DNA from: Dehalococcoidales bacterium
GTDB taxonomy: Bacteria; Chloroflexota; Dehalococcoidia; Dehalococcoidales; RBG-16-60-22
DNA: 64,000 nucleotides
Direction: 5' to 3'
Assembly: GCA_034418415.1 (NCBI GenBank)
Contig: DAOULS010000007.1
Location: 4,018 to 68,017, forward strand
Made by a program: the position numbers and the translations under genes
Part shown: positions 54,531 through 62,380 of the stretch, piece by piece
How positions within the stretch are numbered: the stretch's first letter is position 1
Layout of the letters: every line of letters starts with the position of its first letter
The notes under the pieces: model-generated
Database searches by the model: none
Told to the model about the DNA's origin: nothing
What the model saw: only the letters and a program-made list of their open reading frames with translations

Positions 54531-54601
54531 TAAACTGGTTTTTAAATAAAAGGAATCGAGCTTGACTTTTCTTGATTTTTTCGGTATATGGGATTTTTTT
54601 G

Positions 54602-54630
54602 TTGAATTAATCGTGCGGGGGGAGTACAAT
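54602..54630 (+). promoter_or_regulatory. Candidate promoter of the AprAB-like genes
   Basis: TTGAAT (54602-54607), 17 nt, TACAAT (54625-54630), about 70 nt upstream of the ATG at 54699. Confidence 0.4.
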
Positions 54631-54698
54631 CTATCACAGTCACGTCTATACTCACCTTTCGTATGTATCAATCATCAACTGTGTAAGGAGGTAAAAAT

Positions 54699-56645
54699 AT
54701 GACCCGATGGCATGATTTTATTGAAAAAGACGGCAAGCCGCCCGCCTGGCCTTACCCGATTAATTATGATAAAGAGCAGGTAATTGATACCGATGTGCTG
54801 GTCATCGGCGGCGGCATTGCCGGTTGCTGGGCGGCTATCAGCGCTGCTCGCAAAGGTGTAAGCGTCGCCCTCGTGGAAAAGGGGGACACCGTCAGGAGCG
54901 GGGCGGGCGGCCCCGGCTGCGACCATTGGTGCAATGCCCCTGCCAATCCGCTGTCCAATGTCGACCCCGATGAGTGGGCGCAGCACATGGCCGAGCCTCC
55001 GTATTCCAACGGCATCGGTACCCAGATCCAGTGCCGCGAGAACTGGGATACCCTGCTGGAAATGGAGCTGATGGGAGGTAAAATCAGGGACACCAAGGAT
55101 GAGTACGTCGGCGCTAAAGGCAGGGACGAAAAGACAAAACTGATGATATCCCCGCGCTATACGAAGGTACACAGCTATATCCCCGGCATGCAAAAACCGA
55201 TAACCTTTAAAAGCAACCCGGAAGGAAAACTCAATAACGTGGTCATCCGGGTGTGGGGTTCGACATTCAAGCCCTCGCTAAAAAGAGAATGCAAGCGACT
55301 GGGCGTGAAGATTTTCGACCGCGTCATGGTCACTAGCCTGCTGACGGAAAAAGGCGTCCAGGGCGCCCGGGTTATCGGCGCCACCGGCTTTAATAACCGC
55401 ACCGGTGAGTTCATGGTATTCAGGTCTAAAGCCGCTGTGCTGGCTACCGCCGGCGACTGGTCTCTATATTTACTAAATACCGAGCTGGCAGGCTACAACA
55501 CCTTCCGCTCCCGCACCACCACCGGCGATGGCGCCGCCATGGCTTGGAAGGCAGGCGCGGCATTGACCGTCATGGAGAGGACGGGCGTCATGATGTTGAG
55601 TACCGGCTTCAAACATACCTGGTACGGCGGCGCCGGGGACGCCAGCTACGAGAACGTCCCCCTCGTCGATGCCAACGGCAAGAAACTCCCCTGGCCCACG
55701 CAGGGTTGGGAGGACGCCGGCGCCATGAGGCCGACCCCGGAGAATATGGAGAAAATCATCAAGGGCATTCAGAGCGGCGAGTACGCCCTGCCTTTCTACG
55801 GCGATTTTCCCGCCATGCCGGAGGTCGAGCGCCGGGTCACCTGGAGAATGATGCTCGGCGAGGAGTCCACCACCAGGAATATCATCGATTCCTACGAAAA
55901 AGGCGGCTTCGACCCCGCCAAGAACCTCCTCCAGAACTATAGCTTTATTGAAGGCAATACCCCGGCACAATGGCGTACAGCTGGCGGCGGCGGGCCCGTC
56001 GTCGACTGGGACCTTAAGTCCACCCTTGACGGTCTGTATGTTGCCGGTGAACAGACCTTCTCCGCCGGCGACCACTCCTATGCCGCGGCCACGGGACGCT
56101 ATGCCGGCCGCAAAGCCGCCGATTACTCACAGCAGGTCGCCCAGGCTGAAATCTACAAAGACCAGGTCAGGCTGGAGAAAGCCCGCATCTACGCTCCCAT
56201 TAAGCGTAACGAGGGCATCGACTGGAAGGAGCTGCACGCCGGTATCGCCCGCGCCATGCAGTACTTCTGCAGTGAATACAAGACCGAAAAACTGCTGAAT
56301 ATGGGGCTGGACGCCCTCAAGGAAATCGAAGAGGTGTTCGTCCCCCGCCTTTACGCCCTCGACCCGCATAAACTGATGCGCAGCATCGAGGACTTGAGCC
56401 TGCTGACCCACGGCCAGATTATCATCAATGCTTCCCTGGCGCGTAAAGCCAGCAGCCGGATGCTCAACTTCTTCAGAATCGATTATCCAGAGGTCGACCC
56501 GCCCGAGTGGAATAAGTACGTTACTGTCCAGCTGGAAAACAACAAGGTCAAGGTCGGTGAACTGCCTTTCGCTTACTGGGGCGACATGAAAGCAAATTAC
56601 GAGGCCCGCAACAAGGACTACACGGGCGTCTATCAAGGGAAATAA
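54699..56645 (+). CDS. FAD-dependent oxidoreductase with adenylylsulfate-reductase-alpha (AprA)-like architecture
   Basis: 648 aa with an FAD Rossmann motif (VLVIGGGIAGCWAA). Its length matches AprA, and the C-terminal capping region is collinear with AprA as I recall it (...RIDYPEVDPPEWNKYV... versus AprA ...RTDYPELNDEEW...). The region after the first FAD motif is divergent (SGAGGPGCDHWCNAP). Confidence 0.55.
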   Translation: MTRWHDFIEKDGKPPAWPYPINYDKEQVIDTDVLVIGGGIAGCWAAISAARKGVSVALVEKGDTVRSGAGGPGCDHWCNAPANPLSNVDPDEWAQHMAEPPYSNGIGTQIQCRENWDTLLEMELMGGKIRDTKDEYVGAKGRDEKTKLMISPRYTKVHSYIPGMQKPITFKSNPEGKLNNVVIRVWGSTFKPSLKRECKRLGVKIFDRVMVTSLLTEKGVQGARVIGATGFNNRTGEFMVFRSKAAVLATAGDWSLYLLNTELAGYNTFRSRTTTGDGAAMAWKAGAALTVMERTGVMMLSTGFKHTWYGGAGDASYENVPLVDANGKKLPWPTQGWEDAGAMRPTPENMEKIIKGIQSGEYALPFYGDFPAMPEVERRVTWRMMLGEESTTRNIIDSYEKGGFDPAKNLLQNYSFIEGNTPAQWRTAGGGGPVVDWDLKSTLDGLYVAGEQTFSAGDHSYAAATGRYAGRKAADYSQQVAQAEIYKDQVRLEKARIYAPIKRNEGIDWKELHAGIARAMQYFCSEYKTEKLLNMGLDALKEIEEVFVPRLYALDPHKLMRSIEDLSLLTHGQIIINASLARKASSRMLNFFRIDYPEVDPPEWNKYVTVQLENNKVKVGELPFAYWGDMKANYEARNKDYTGVYQGK

Positions 56646-56655
56646 GGAGACTGCT

Positions 56656-56955
56656 ATGGCTAAGAAAACATATGCGTTGCCAAATATAATTACCCCCGCC
56701 AGCCCGGTGATTTTCAATCCGGAGGTCTGTAACGGCTGTAATCACTGCGTGGAGGTCTGCCAGGTGGATGTCTATATCCCCAACCCGGAAAAGGGCAAGC
56801 CGCCGGTAATCTTGCACCCGGACGAGTGCTGGTACTGCGGCTGCTGCGTCAACGATTGTCCCCGCCCCGGCGCCATTACCTTTAACTGGCCGGTGCAGCA
56901 GCGCGCCTACTGGAAGGACAAGGCTTCCGGTAAGGTCTTGAGGGACAGCCAGTAA
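56656..56955 (+). CDS. AprB-like 2x[4Fe-4S] ferredoxin subunit (short form)
   Basis: 99 aa: ...NPEVCNGCNHCVEVCQVDV...HPDECWYCGCCVNDCPRPGAI..., following the AprB N-terminal pattern but without the long C-terminal tail. Confidence 0.55.
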   Translation: MAKKTYALPNIITPASPVIFNPEVCNGCNHCVEVCQVDVYIPNPEKGKPPVILHPDECWYCGCCVNDCPRPGAITFNWPVQQRAYWKDKASGKVLRDSQ

Positions 56956-56981
56956 ATTAACTGTCATTGCGAGGAACGAAG

Positions 56982-57033
56982 TGACGTGGCAATCTCTATC
57001 TTGCTTTAGTTCATCATCAGGGTTGCCACGTCA
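56982..57033. terminator. Bidirectional hairpin between convergent genes (REP-like)
   Basis: TGACGTGGCAA (56982-56992) pairs with TTGCCACGTCA (57023-57033), an 11-bp stem with a 30-nt loop. The preceding GTCATTGCGAGGAACGAAGTGACG resembles a widespread intergenic palindromic-element half-site. Confidence 0.4.
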
Positions 57034-57039
57034 TAGTTA

Positions 57040-58419
57040 TTAACCCAATTGCCTGATTATCTCCGTAGCATCGTCCAGTTTTTCCAGACGACCCACCATT
57101 TCGATTACTTTTTCTGTTTTGTCTTTACCTAACGGCTTTATCGAGGATGGCGCGCACTCGCGGAATTTCTTGGTCACGTCCTCGAAGGTCATCGGTCGCT
57201 GCACGCTGCCCAGGCAGTACTCCACTTCTTCGGTGTACTCCCGCCCGTCCTGCATTTTTAGCGTCACCCCGCCCGGCTCCACCCCGTGCCGGTTCATCGA
57301 GGTCTCCAGCCGCGTGTCAATCTTCTGCGCCAGATTGAGTATCTCTGGTCGCTTAATCGCTGCATCGGTGAAGTCGTCCACGGTCACCTTGCCCCTGGCA
57401 AGTGCTATCGCCACCACCCACGGCACGCTGAACTGCGCGTCGATAACCGTCCGCGGTGCTTGCTTGATTTCCGGCGGCTGCGCGTGCTGGTAGACCTTGT
57501 CCCCGCCATAGACGGTTATTTCCTTAATATCATCGGTGTTTATACCGTGTTTCGTTTTCAGCGCCAGCGCCGCGTCGATGCAGGCGTGGGTCAGCCCGCA
57601 GCAGGGATAGGGCTTGTCCCCGATATTGACCACCTCCCACCTTTTCCCCAGGTCGGCGGTTAAAATGGCAGGGTCGTAGTCCCCGCCCATGTAGGTCTTA
57701 TAAAGTCCCGTCCTCCCCTCGAGCGGGTCGCGCTCGCCGGTGATGCCCCTTTCCGCCATCAGGGCGGCGGTAATGCCCCCCTTTGCTGCTAGCCCCGGTC
57801 CCATTCTCTTTGCCAGCGCCCCGTCCGCCACGCCGGTACCGGCGCCGCCGCACTGGTGGTAGGCAAGACCCAGTGCGTTTATCATTCTCTCTTCATCGAG
57901 CCTTATAATCCTGCCGGTCACTGCGGCGCTGCCCAGAAACCCGAAAAGCGTCGTCGGGTGCCAGCCGGCGGCCATGGCGCTGCCGCCCGGCTTGCTGGCC
58001 AGCCCTAGCCTCGCCGTAAGGTCGCCCCCCAGCGCTATCGCCGTGATTAGTTCCCTGCCGCTGACTTTTCCCATCCGTTCCGCTACTGCAAAGGCTGTGG
58101 ATACCGCCACGCACCCGATATGCACCAGCGCCACCTGGTGTCCGTCGTCGTAATCTAAAGCGTGAATCATCGTGCCGTTGACCTGGGCGGCGTTAGGGGC
58201 GGGGCACCTGAAGCCGTAAGCAATAACCGTGCTCTGCTTGGCGCCTCCCCACTCTTTGACCATGTCCACCAGCTCTTTGACCCCCGCCTTCGATGAGCCC
58301 CCCAGCGCCGTCGCCAGGCTGTCCAGCACTTCCTGCTTGACCGCCGCCACGGCGTCGGTAGGGATATCTTCATACCCGGTGCTGACGAGGTGTTTCACCA
58401 GTTCGTTTATAGCTGTCAT
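57040..58419 (-). CDS. MmgE/PrpD family protein (2-methylcitrate-dehydratase-like)
   Basis: 459 aa: ...GTMIHALDYDDGH... plus the family's two-domain length. Confidence 0.8.
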   Translation of the reverse strand: MTAINELVKHLVSTGYEDIPTDAVAAVKQEVLDSLATALGGSSKAGVKELVDMVKEWGGAKQSTVIAYGFRCPAPNAAQVNGTMIHALDYDDGHQVALVHIGCVAVSTAFAVAERMGKVSGRELITAIALGGDLTARLGLASKPGGSAMAAGWHPTTLFGFLGSAAVTGRIIRLDEERMINALGLAYHQCGGAGTGVADGALAKRMGPGLAAKGGITAALMAERGITGERDPLEGRTGLYKTYMGGDYDPAILTADLGKRWEVVNIGDKPYPCCGLTHACIDAALALKTKHGINTDDIKEITVYGGDKVYQHAQPPEIKQAPRTVIDAQFSVPWVVAIALARGKVTVDDFTDAAIKRPEILNLAQKIDTRLETSMNRHGVEPGGVTLKMQDGREYTEEVEYCLGSVQRPMTFEDVTKKFRECAPSSIKPLGKDKTEKVIEMVGRLEKLDDATEIIRQLG

Positions 58420-59129
58420 GGCTTATTCCCTTTCAAAAACGGTGGCGGCCAGCCGGCTTCTGTTTTCCCGTCCGTCTTGAAGCGGTGATCGCATTTTCCG
58501 TGCCCTTCATAAAGGGTCATCGTCCGGACAAAGCCGAATCCCCTGACCTTGCCGGCGACGAAATCGAGGTAGCAGTAGTACGGTAAAAATTCGTCGGCGT
58601 CCTGCGCGTGGTAAAACTTGTGAGAAGCGCATTCCGTGAAGTCGAATCCGTGGTCGAATTCCCGCCCGTCGCCTTCGACGAATGTATAGACGTAATCGCC
58701 CGGATAACGTCTTGCCTGCGACTTTATAGCCCCCTGACGATAACGCACCAGTCTCTGTTCCGGCGTGAGCCATATGGAAGGCGGGATGGCAGGTTGGGGC
58801 TGGCTGGCTTTTATAATGTAGCCGTCGTAAAGTATCCTGCCGGCCTCCTCCGCCGTCTTACCGTGTTTTTTCATTGATTTGTAAAGCGCCAGGTAGCGGA
58901 CGGAATTGACCAGGTGCCTGGTAAAATCATTTTCGTCCCCGCCGATATAAGGTATTTGGGGTATCAGGTCTTCAAATATCTGGCGCGCTTCCTGCAGGAT
59001 TCGGTACGACTGTATTTCCCCGTACTGCTTGAGGAGTAAAGGACTCCACCGTTTCACGTCCTCCTCGAGCTTTTCCAGCAATTCGGGTTTTTTTCTTATG
59101 TAATAGTCTTTATCTATCGGGTATACCAT
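58416..59129 (-). CDS. ATC-hydrolase-like (L-2-amino-thiazoline-4-carboxylic acid hydrolase family) protein
   Basis: 237 aa. The C-terminal pattern ...FTECASHKFYHAQDADEFLPYYCYLDFVAG...RTMTLYEGHGKCDHRF matches my recollection of that family's Cys motif. It has a 4-nt overlap with the PrpD-family gene. Confidence 0.45.
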   Translation of the reverse strand: MVYPIDKDYYIRKKPELLEKLEEDVKRWSPLLLKQYGEIQSYRILQEARQIFEDLIPQIPYIGGDENDFTRHLVNSVRYLALYKSMKKHGKTAEEAGRILYDGYIIKASQPQPAIPPSIWLTPEQRLVRYRQGAIKSQARRYPGDYVYTFVEGDGREFDHGFDFTECASHKFYHAQDADEFLPYYCYLDFVAGKVRGFGFVRTMTLYEGHGKCDHRFKTDGKTEAGWPPPFLKGNKP

Positions 59130-59139
59130 TCCCTTTCCC

Positions 59140-59174
59140 CACTGTCAACTGTTAACTGATAACTGTAAACTCTC
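59140..59174. repeat. Five tandem heptamers in a 55-nt intergenic spacer
   Basis: cactgtc aactgtt aactgat aactgta aactctc (consensus AACTGTN). They lie directly upstream, on the minus strand, of the RBS and start of the ATC-hydrolase-like gene. Confidence 0.8.
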
Positions 59175-59184
59175 CTTCTCCCCC

Positions 59185-60021
59185 TTACGTCACTCCGCCC
59201 CCCAGCGCAATCACTTCGCCCGTGATGTAGTCCGACTGGTCGGAACAGAGGAAATAGGTGAGGTCGGCTGCCTCTTCCGGCGTGCCTAATCGACCCCACG
59301 GGATAATTTTAGCCAGGCCCCCCTGGTCTTTCTTTCGTGCTTCCTCCCAGGTAATGCCTTGCGCCTCCGCCATCTTCTGGAAACTCTCGTCCCTCAAGTT
59401 GGTCACTATCATGCCCGGGTTGATGCCGTTGACGTTGATTTTGTACTTGGCAAGCTCCAGCGCTAGACTCTTGGTCAGCCCGATGGTGCCGTACTTTGCT
59501 GCGGAATAGGCCGCGCTGCCCGCCACGCCGTGCGTCCCCGCCAGCGAGCAGAATATCACGATTTTCCCCCCTTTACCCCCCACCGCTATCTGCTTGGCCG
59601 CCGCCTTGCAGATGAGGAAAGACCCCACTAAGTCGATGTCGATTATCGACCTGATGTCTTTTTCCGGGAGGTCGATGACCGGCACGCCTACCGGACCGCG
59701 TATGGCGGCGGCGTGCACCAGTATGTCCAGCCTGCCGAATTTTTTCACGACATTTTCCATGCCGGCGTCTATCTCTTTGCCGACGTTGATATCAAGCGTT
59801 AGCGCCAGGGCTTTCCTGCCCATCGACTCTATTTCCTTAACGATTTCGTCCAGGCCGCCCCACCCCTCGTCGCCGGGGAACATGCTTTTCGGCGCGGCGA
59901 ACTTGTCCGCCACCACCACGTCCGCCCCTTCTTTCGCCAGGCGCAGCGCAATAGCGTGCCCCATGCCCCTCTTGCTGGCGGCTCCGGTTACCATGGCGAC
60001 TTTTCCCTTCAGGCTGCTCAT
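59185..60021 (-). CDS. Short-chain dehydrogenase/reductase (SDR)
   Basis: Track ORF trimmed to MSSLKGKVAMVTGAASKRGMGHAIA... (start at 60021), with a Y-x3-K motif (YSAAKYG). Confidence 0.88.
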   Translation of the reverse strand: MSSLKGKVAMVTGAASKRGMGHAIALRLAKEGADVVVADKFAAPKSMFPGDEGWGGLDEIVKEIESMGRKALALTLDINVGKEIDAGMENVVKKFGRLDILVHAAAIRGPVGVPVIDLPEKDIRSIIDIDLVGSFLICKAAAKQIAVGGKGGKIVIFCSLAGTHGVAGSAAYSAAKYGTIGLTKSLALELAKYKINVNGINPGMIVTNLRDESFQKMAEAQGITWEEARKKDQGGLAKIIPWGRLGTPEEAADLTYFLCSDQSDYITGEVIALGGGVT

Positions 60022-60128
60022 AACGCGTCTGTTCTCCTTATCGTTTTCTTTATACAGGATACTATATATTAGTAAAACTGGTATAATAACGTCAAAAGCC
60101 GTTATCATCAATCATCGGGGAGGCTGTC

Positions 60129-60911
60129 ATGCTGCTTAAGGACAGGGTTGCCGTCGTCACCGGGGGTACTAAAGGAATCGGGAAGGGCATTGCCTTAAAG
60201 TTTGCCCGGGAGGGCTGCGATGTCGTTGTCAATGCCCGGCACATCGAGGACGCCAAGAAAGTTGCCGCCGAAATCAAGAAGCTGGGCCGCCGCTCGCTGG
60301 CTATCGCCGCCGATGTCTCTAAAAGCGGTGAGGTGAACGACATGGTGGCGCGGACTATCAGGGAGTTCGGGAAAATCGATATCCTGGTGAATAATGCCGG
60401 CGGTGTCTCCGGCGACTCCAAACTCGAGGACACCACCGACGAGGCATGGGAGAGGGTTATCGGCGTTAACCTGACCGGCCAGTTTTTATGTTGCCGTGCC
60501 GTGGTGCCCCATATGAAGAAAAAGAAATACGGTAAAATTATCAACATTGCCTCGATGGGCGCCATCAACCCGCCTGCCCCGATTGTGCATTATCACTCGG
60601 CCAAGGGCGGGGTGCTGGGGCTGACCACCGACCTGGCTTTTGAGCTGGCTCCCTATAATATCACGGTCAACGCCATTCTGCCCGGCCCGATACGCACGGA
60701 ATTTTTCACCGAGATGCTGAAGAAAATGACCGCTGCCGAGGGTAAGGCTTTCTTTAAAATGCTTGAAAACAAGGTGCCGATGCACCGCATGGGCGAGCCG
60801 GAAGAAATCGCCGGCGTGGCGTTGTTCCTGGCTTCGGAGCTTTCCTCTTACGTCACTGGCCAGGCCATCAACGCTGGCGGCGGACTGCCCCTCGAGCCGT
60901 ATCAACCATAG
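60129..60911 (+). CDS. Short-chain dehydrogenase/reductase (FabG-like SDR)
   Basis: 260 aa with VTGGTKGIGKGIA, NNAG and a Y-x3-K motif (YHSAKGG). Confidence 0.9.
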   Translation: MLLKDRVAVVTGGTKGIGKGIALKFAREGCDVVVNARHIEDAKKVAAEIKKLGRRSLAIAADVSKSGEVNDMVARTIREFGKIDILVNNAGGVSGDSKLEDTTDEAWERVIGVNLTGQFLCCRAVVPHMKKKKYGKIINIASMGAINPPAPIVHYHSAKGGVLGLTTDLAFELAPYNITVNAILPGPIRTEFFTEMLKKMTAAEGKAFFKMLENKVPMHRMGEPEEIAGVALFLASELSSYVTGQAINAGGGLPLEPYQP

Positions 60912-62360
60912 TTATTTCCCGATATATTTCAGGGCGTTCTTACCCGCAATCCGCCCCGAGTTCATGGCGAAGGCGGAAGCCAGCCCGGAGGAGCACTTGA
61001 TGGGATAGCTGTCTCCGTACATACCCCCCGCGTCAAACCCCACCGCGTAAAGCCCGGGAATGGCCGCGCCCTTTTTATCGATTACCTCGGTTTTTTCGTT
61101 GATTTTTATGCCCCCCATCGTCCCCAGGCAGACGGTACGCGCTTTCACGGCGTAATATTTGGGTCCGGTAATAGGGTGGAGGTATTTGGGGTCTTTGGCA
61201 AACAGGTCGTCGTGGCGTTTTTCGCAGCAGGTGTTGTATTCATCGACCGTCGCTTTTAAAGTTGCCGGGCTTACGCCCATTTGCTCCGCCAGCCCTTCGA
61301 TAGAGTCCGCCGCGAAAAGCTCTTTAGTCCCTCTCTCCAGGGCGGCGTTGATTTCCCGGTAAATATCGGTCGGTTTGGTGCCCGGCAGCGTGTTTACATT
61401 AACACTCTTGGTAATCCCGTTCTCAATCATCCGCTGCAAAGCGGTATCGTCGAAGATGCTGTAGGTAAAGCCCTCTTTAAATCTCGCGTTGGCGTTCCCC
61501 ACCGACGAATCGTAAAAGGCGACGCTTTCATCGCAGAAACGCTCACCATTCGGGTTGACCCAGAGGTCGGGCTGGACCACGGCGCATTCCAGCTGGCAGC
61601 CCATGGCAAAGTCGGGCCCGATGGGTCCGGCGCGGTACAACTCGAGGAGGCTTACGTTTTCTTCCGCTGCCCCGCTTTCCCACGCCATGCGGATGCCGTC
61701 CCCCATCTTGTCCACGTTGCCGATGGCTACCAGATTAACGTCCAAATCAAACCCCGTGTACTTTTTAATCCACTCTTTATTGTTCAAATAACCACCGCTG
61801 GCGATGACCACCGCTTTAGCGGTGAAAGGAGTGTCCTCGCCGTCCACCTCGGCGATAACGCCCCTGATGCTTTCGCCCTGCTTGACGATTCTGTTTACGG
61901 GAGTCGCCAGCCTGATTTCCGCCCCTTTTTCCTTGACTCTGGTGGTGAGTGCTTTGACGACCGCCTCCCCTTTACCCTTAATGACGTGGTAGGTGCGTGG
62001 TGAATCCGGCATGTTAATCGTGGCGTCGGTGAAGACGACGCCCTGCTGCTGCAGCCAGCTGATGGTCGCGCCGGACTCGTTGACAATCGCCCGCACCAGC
62101 CGCGGGTCGGCACGCCAGTGACTGTACTCCATGATGTTTTTGAATGCCTCGTCCCGACTGTACGTAATGTACCTCTCGCGCTGCATATCGCTTTCCACGG
62201 CAAACGTGCCCTCGAAGAAGTTTGAGGTGCCCCCCGGTGAGCGTTCTTTTTCAAAAATAATAACCTTGGCCCCGCCCTCCGCTGCCGTCAATGCCGCCGC
62301 CAGCCCCGCCGCCCCGGAGCCTACCACCGCAATATCGGTTTCCACAGGCAAGTTGTTCAT
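60912..62360 (-). CDS. FAD-binding dehydrogenase (fumarate reductase/flavocytochrome-c flavoprotein-like)
   Basis: 482 aa: DIAVVGSGAAGLAAALTAAEGGAKVIIFEKERSPGGTS..., ...VVIASGGY..., ...IPGLYAVGFDAGG.... Confidence 0.8.
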   Translation of the reverse strand: MNNLPVETDIAVVGSGAAGLAAALTAAEGGAKVIIFEKERSPGGTSNFFEGTFAVESDMQRERYITYSRDEAFKNIMEYSHWRADPRLVRAIVNESGATISWLQQQGVVFTDATINMPDSPRTYHVIKGKGEAVVKALTTRVKEKGAEIRLATPVNRIVKQGESIRGVIAEVDGEDTPFTAKAVVIASGGYLNNKEWIKKYTGFDLDVNLVAIGNVDKMGDGIRMAWESGAAEENVSLLELYRAGPIGPDFAMGCQLECAVVQPDLWVNPNGERFCDESVAFYDSSVGNANARFKEGFTYSIFDDTALQRMIENGITKSVNVNTLPGTKPTDIYREINAALERGTKELFAADSIEGLAEQMGVSPATLKATVDEYNTCCEKRHDDLFAKDPKYLHPITGPKYYAVKARTVCLGTMGGIKINEKTEVIDKKGAAIPGLYAVGFDAGGMYGDSYPIKCSSGLASAFAMNSGRIAGKNALKYIGK

Positions 62361-62380
62361 ATTTCACCTCCCGGTATAAC

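Noticed and set aside
54699-56955. Calling the AprAB-like pair a dissimilatory adenylylsulfate reductase (sulfate respiration)
   Set aside because: There is no sat, qmo or dsr context. The region after the FAD motif is divergent and the AprB-like subunit is truncated. They were kept as 'AprAB-like' with unknown substrate.
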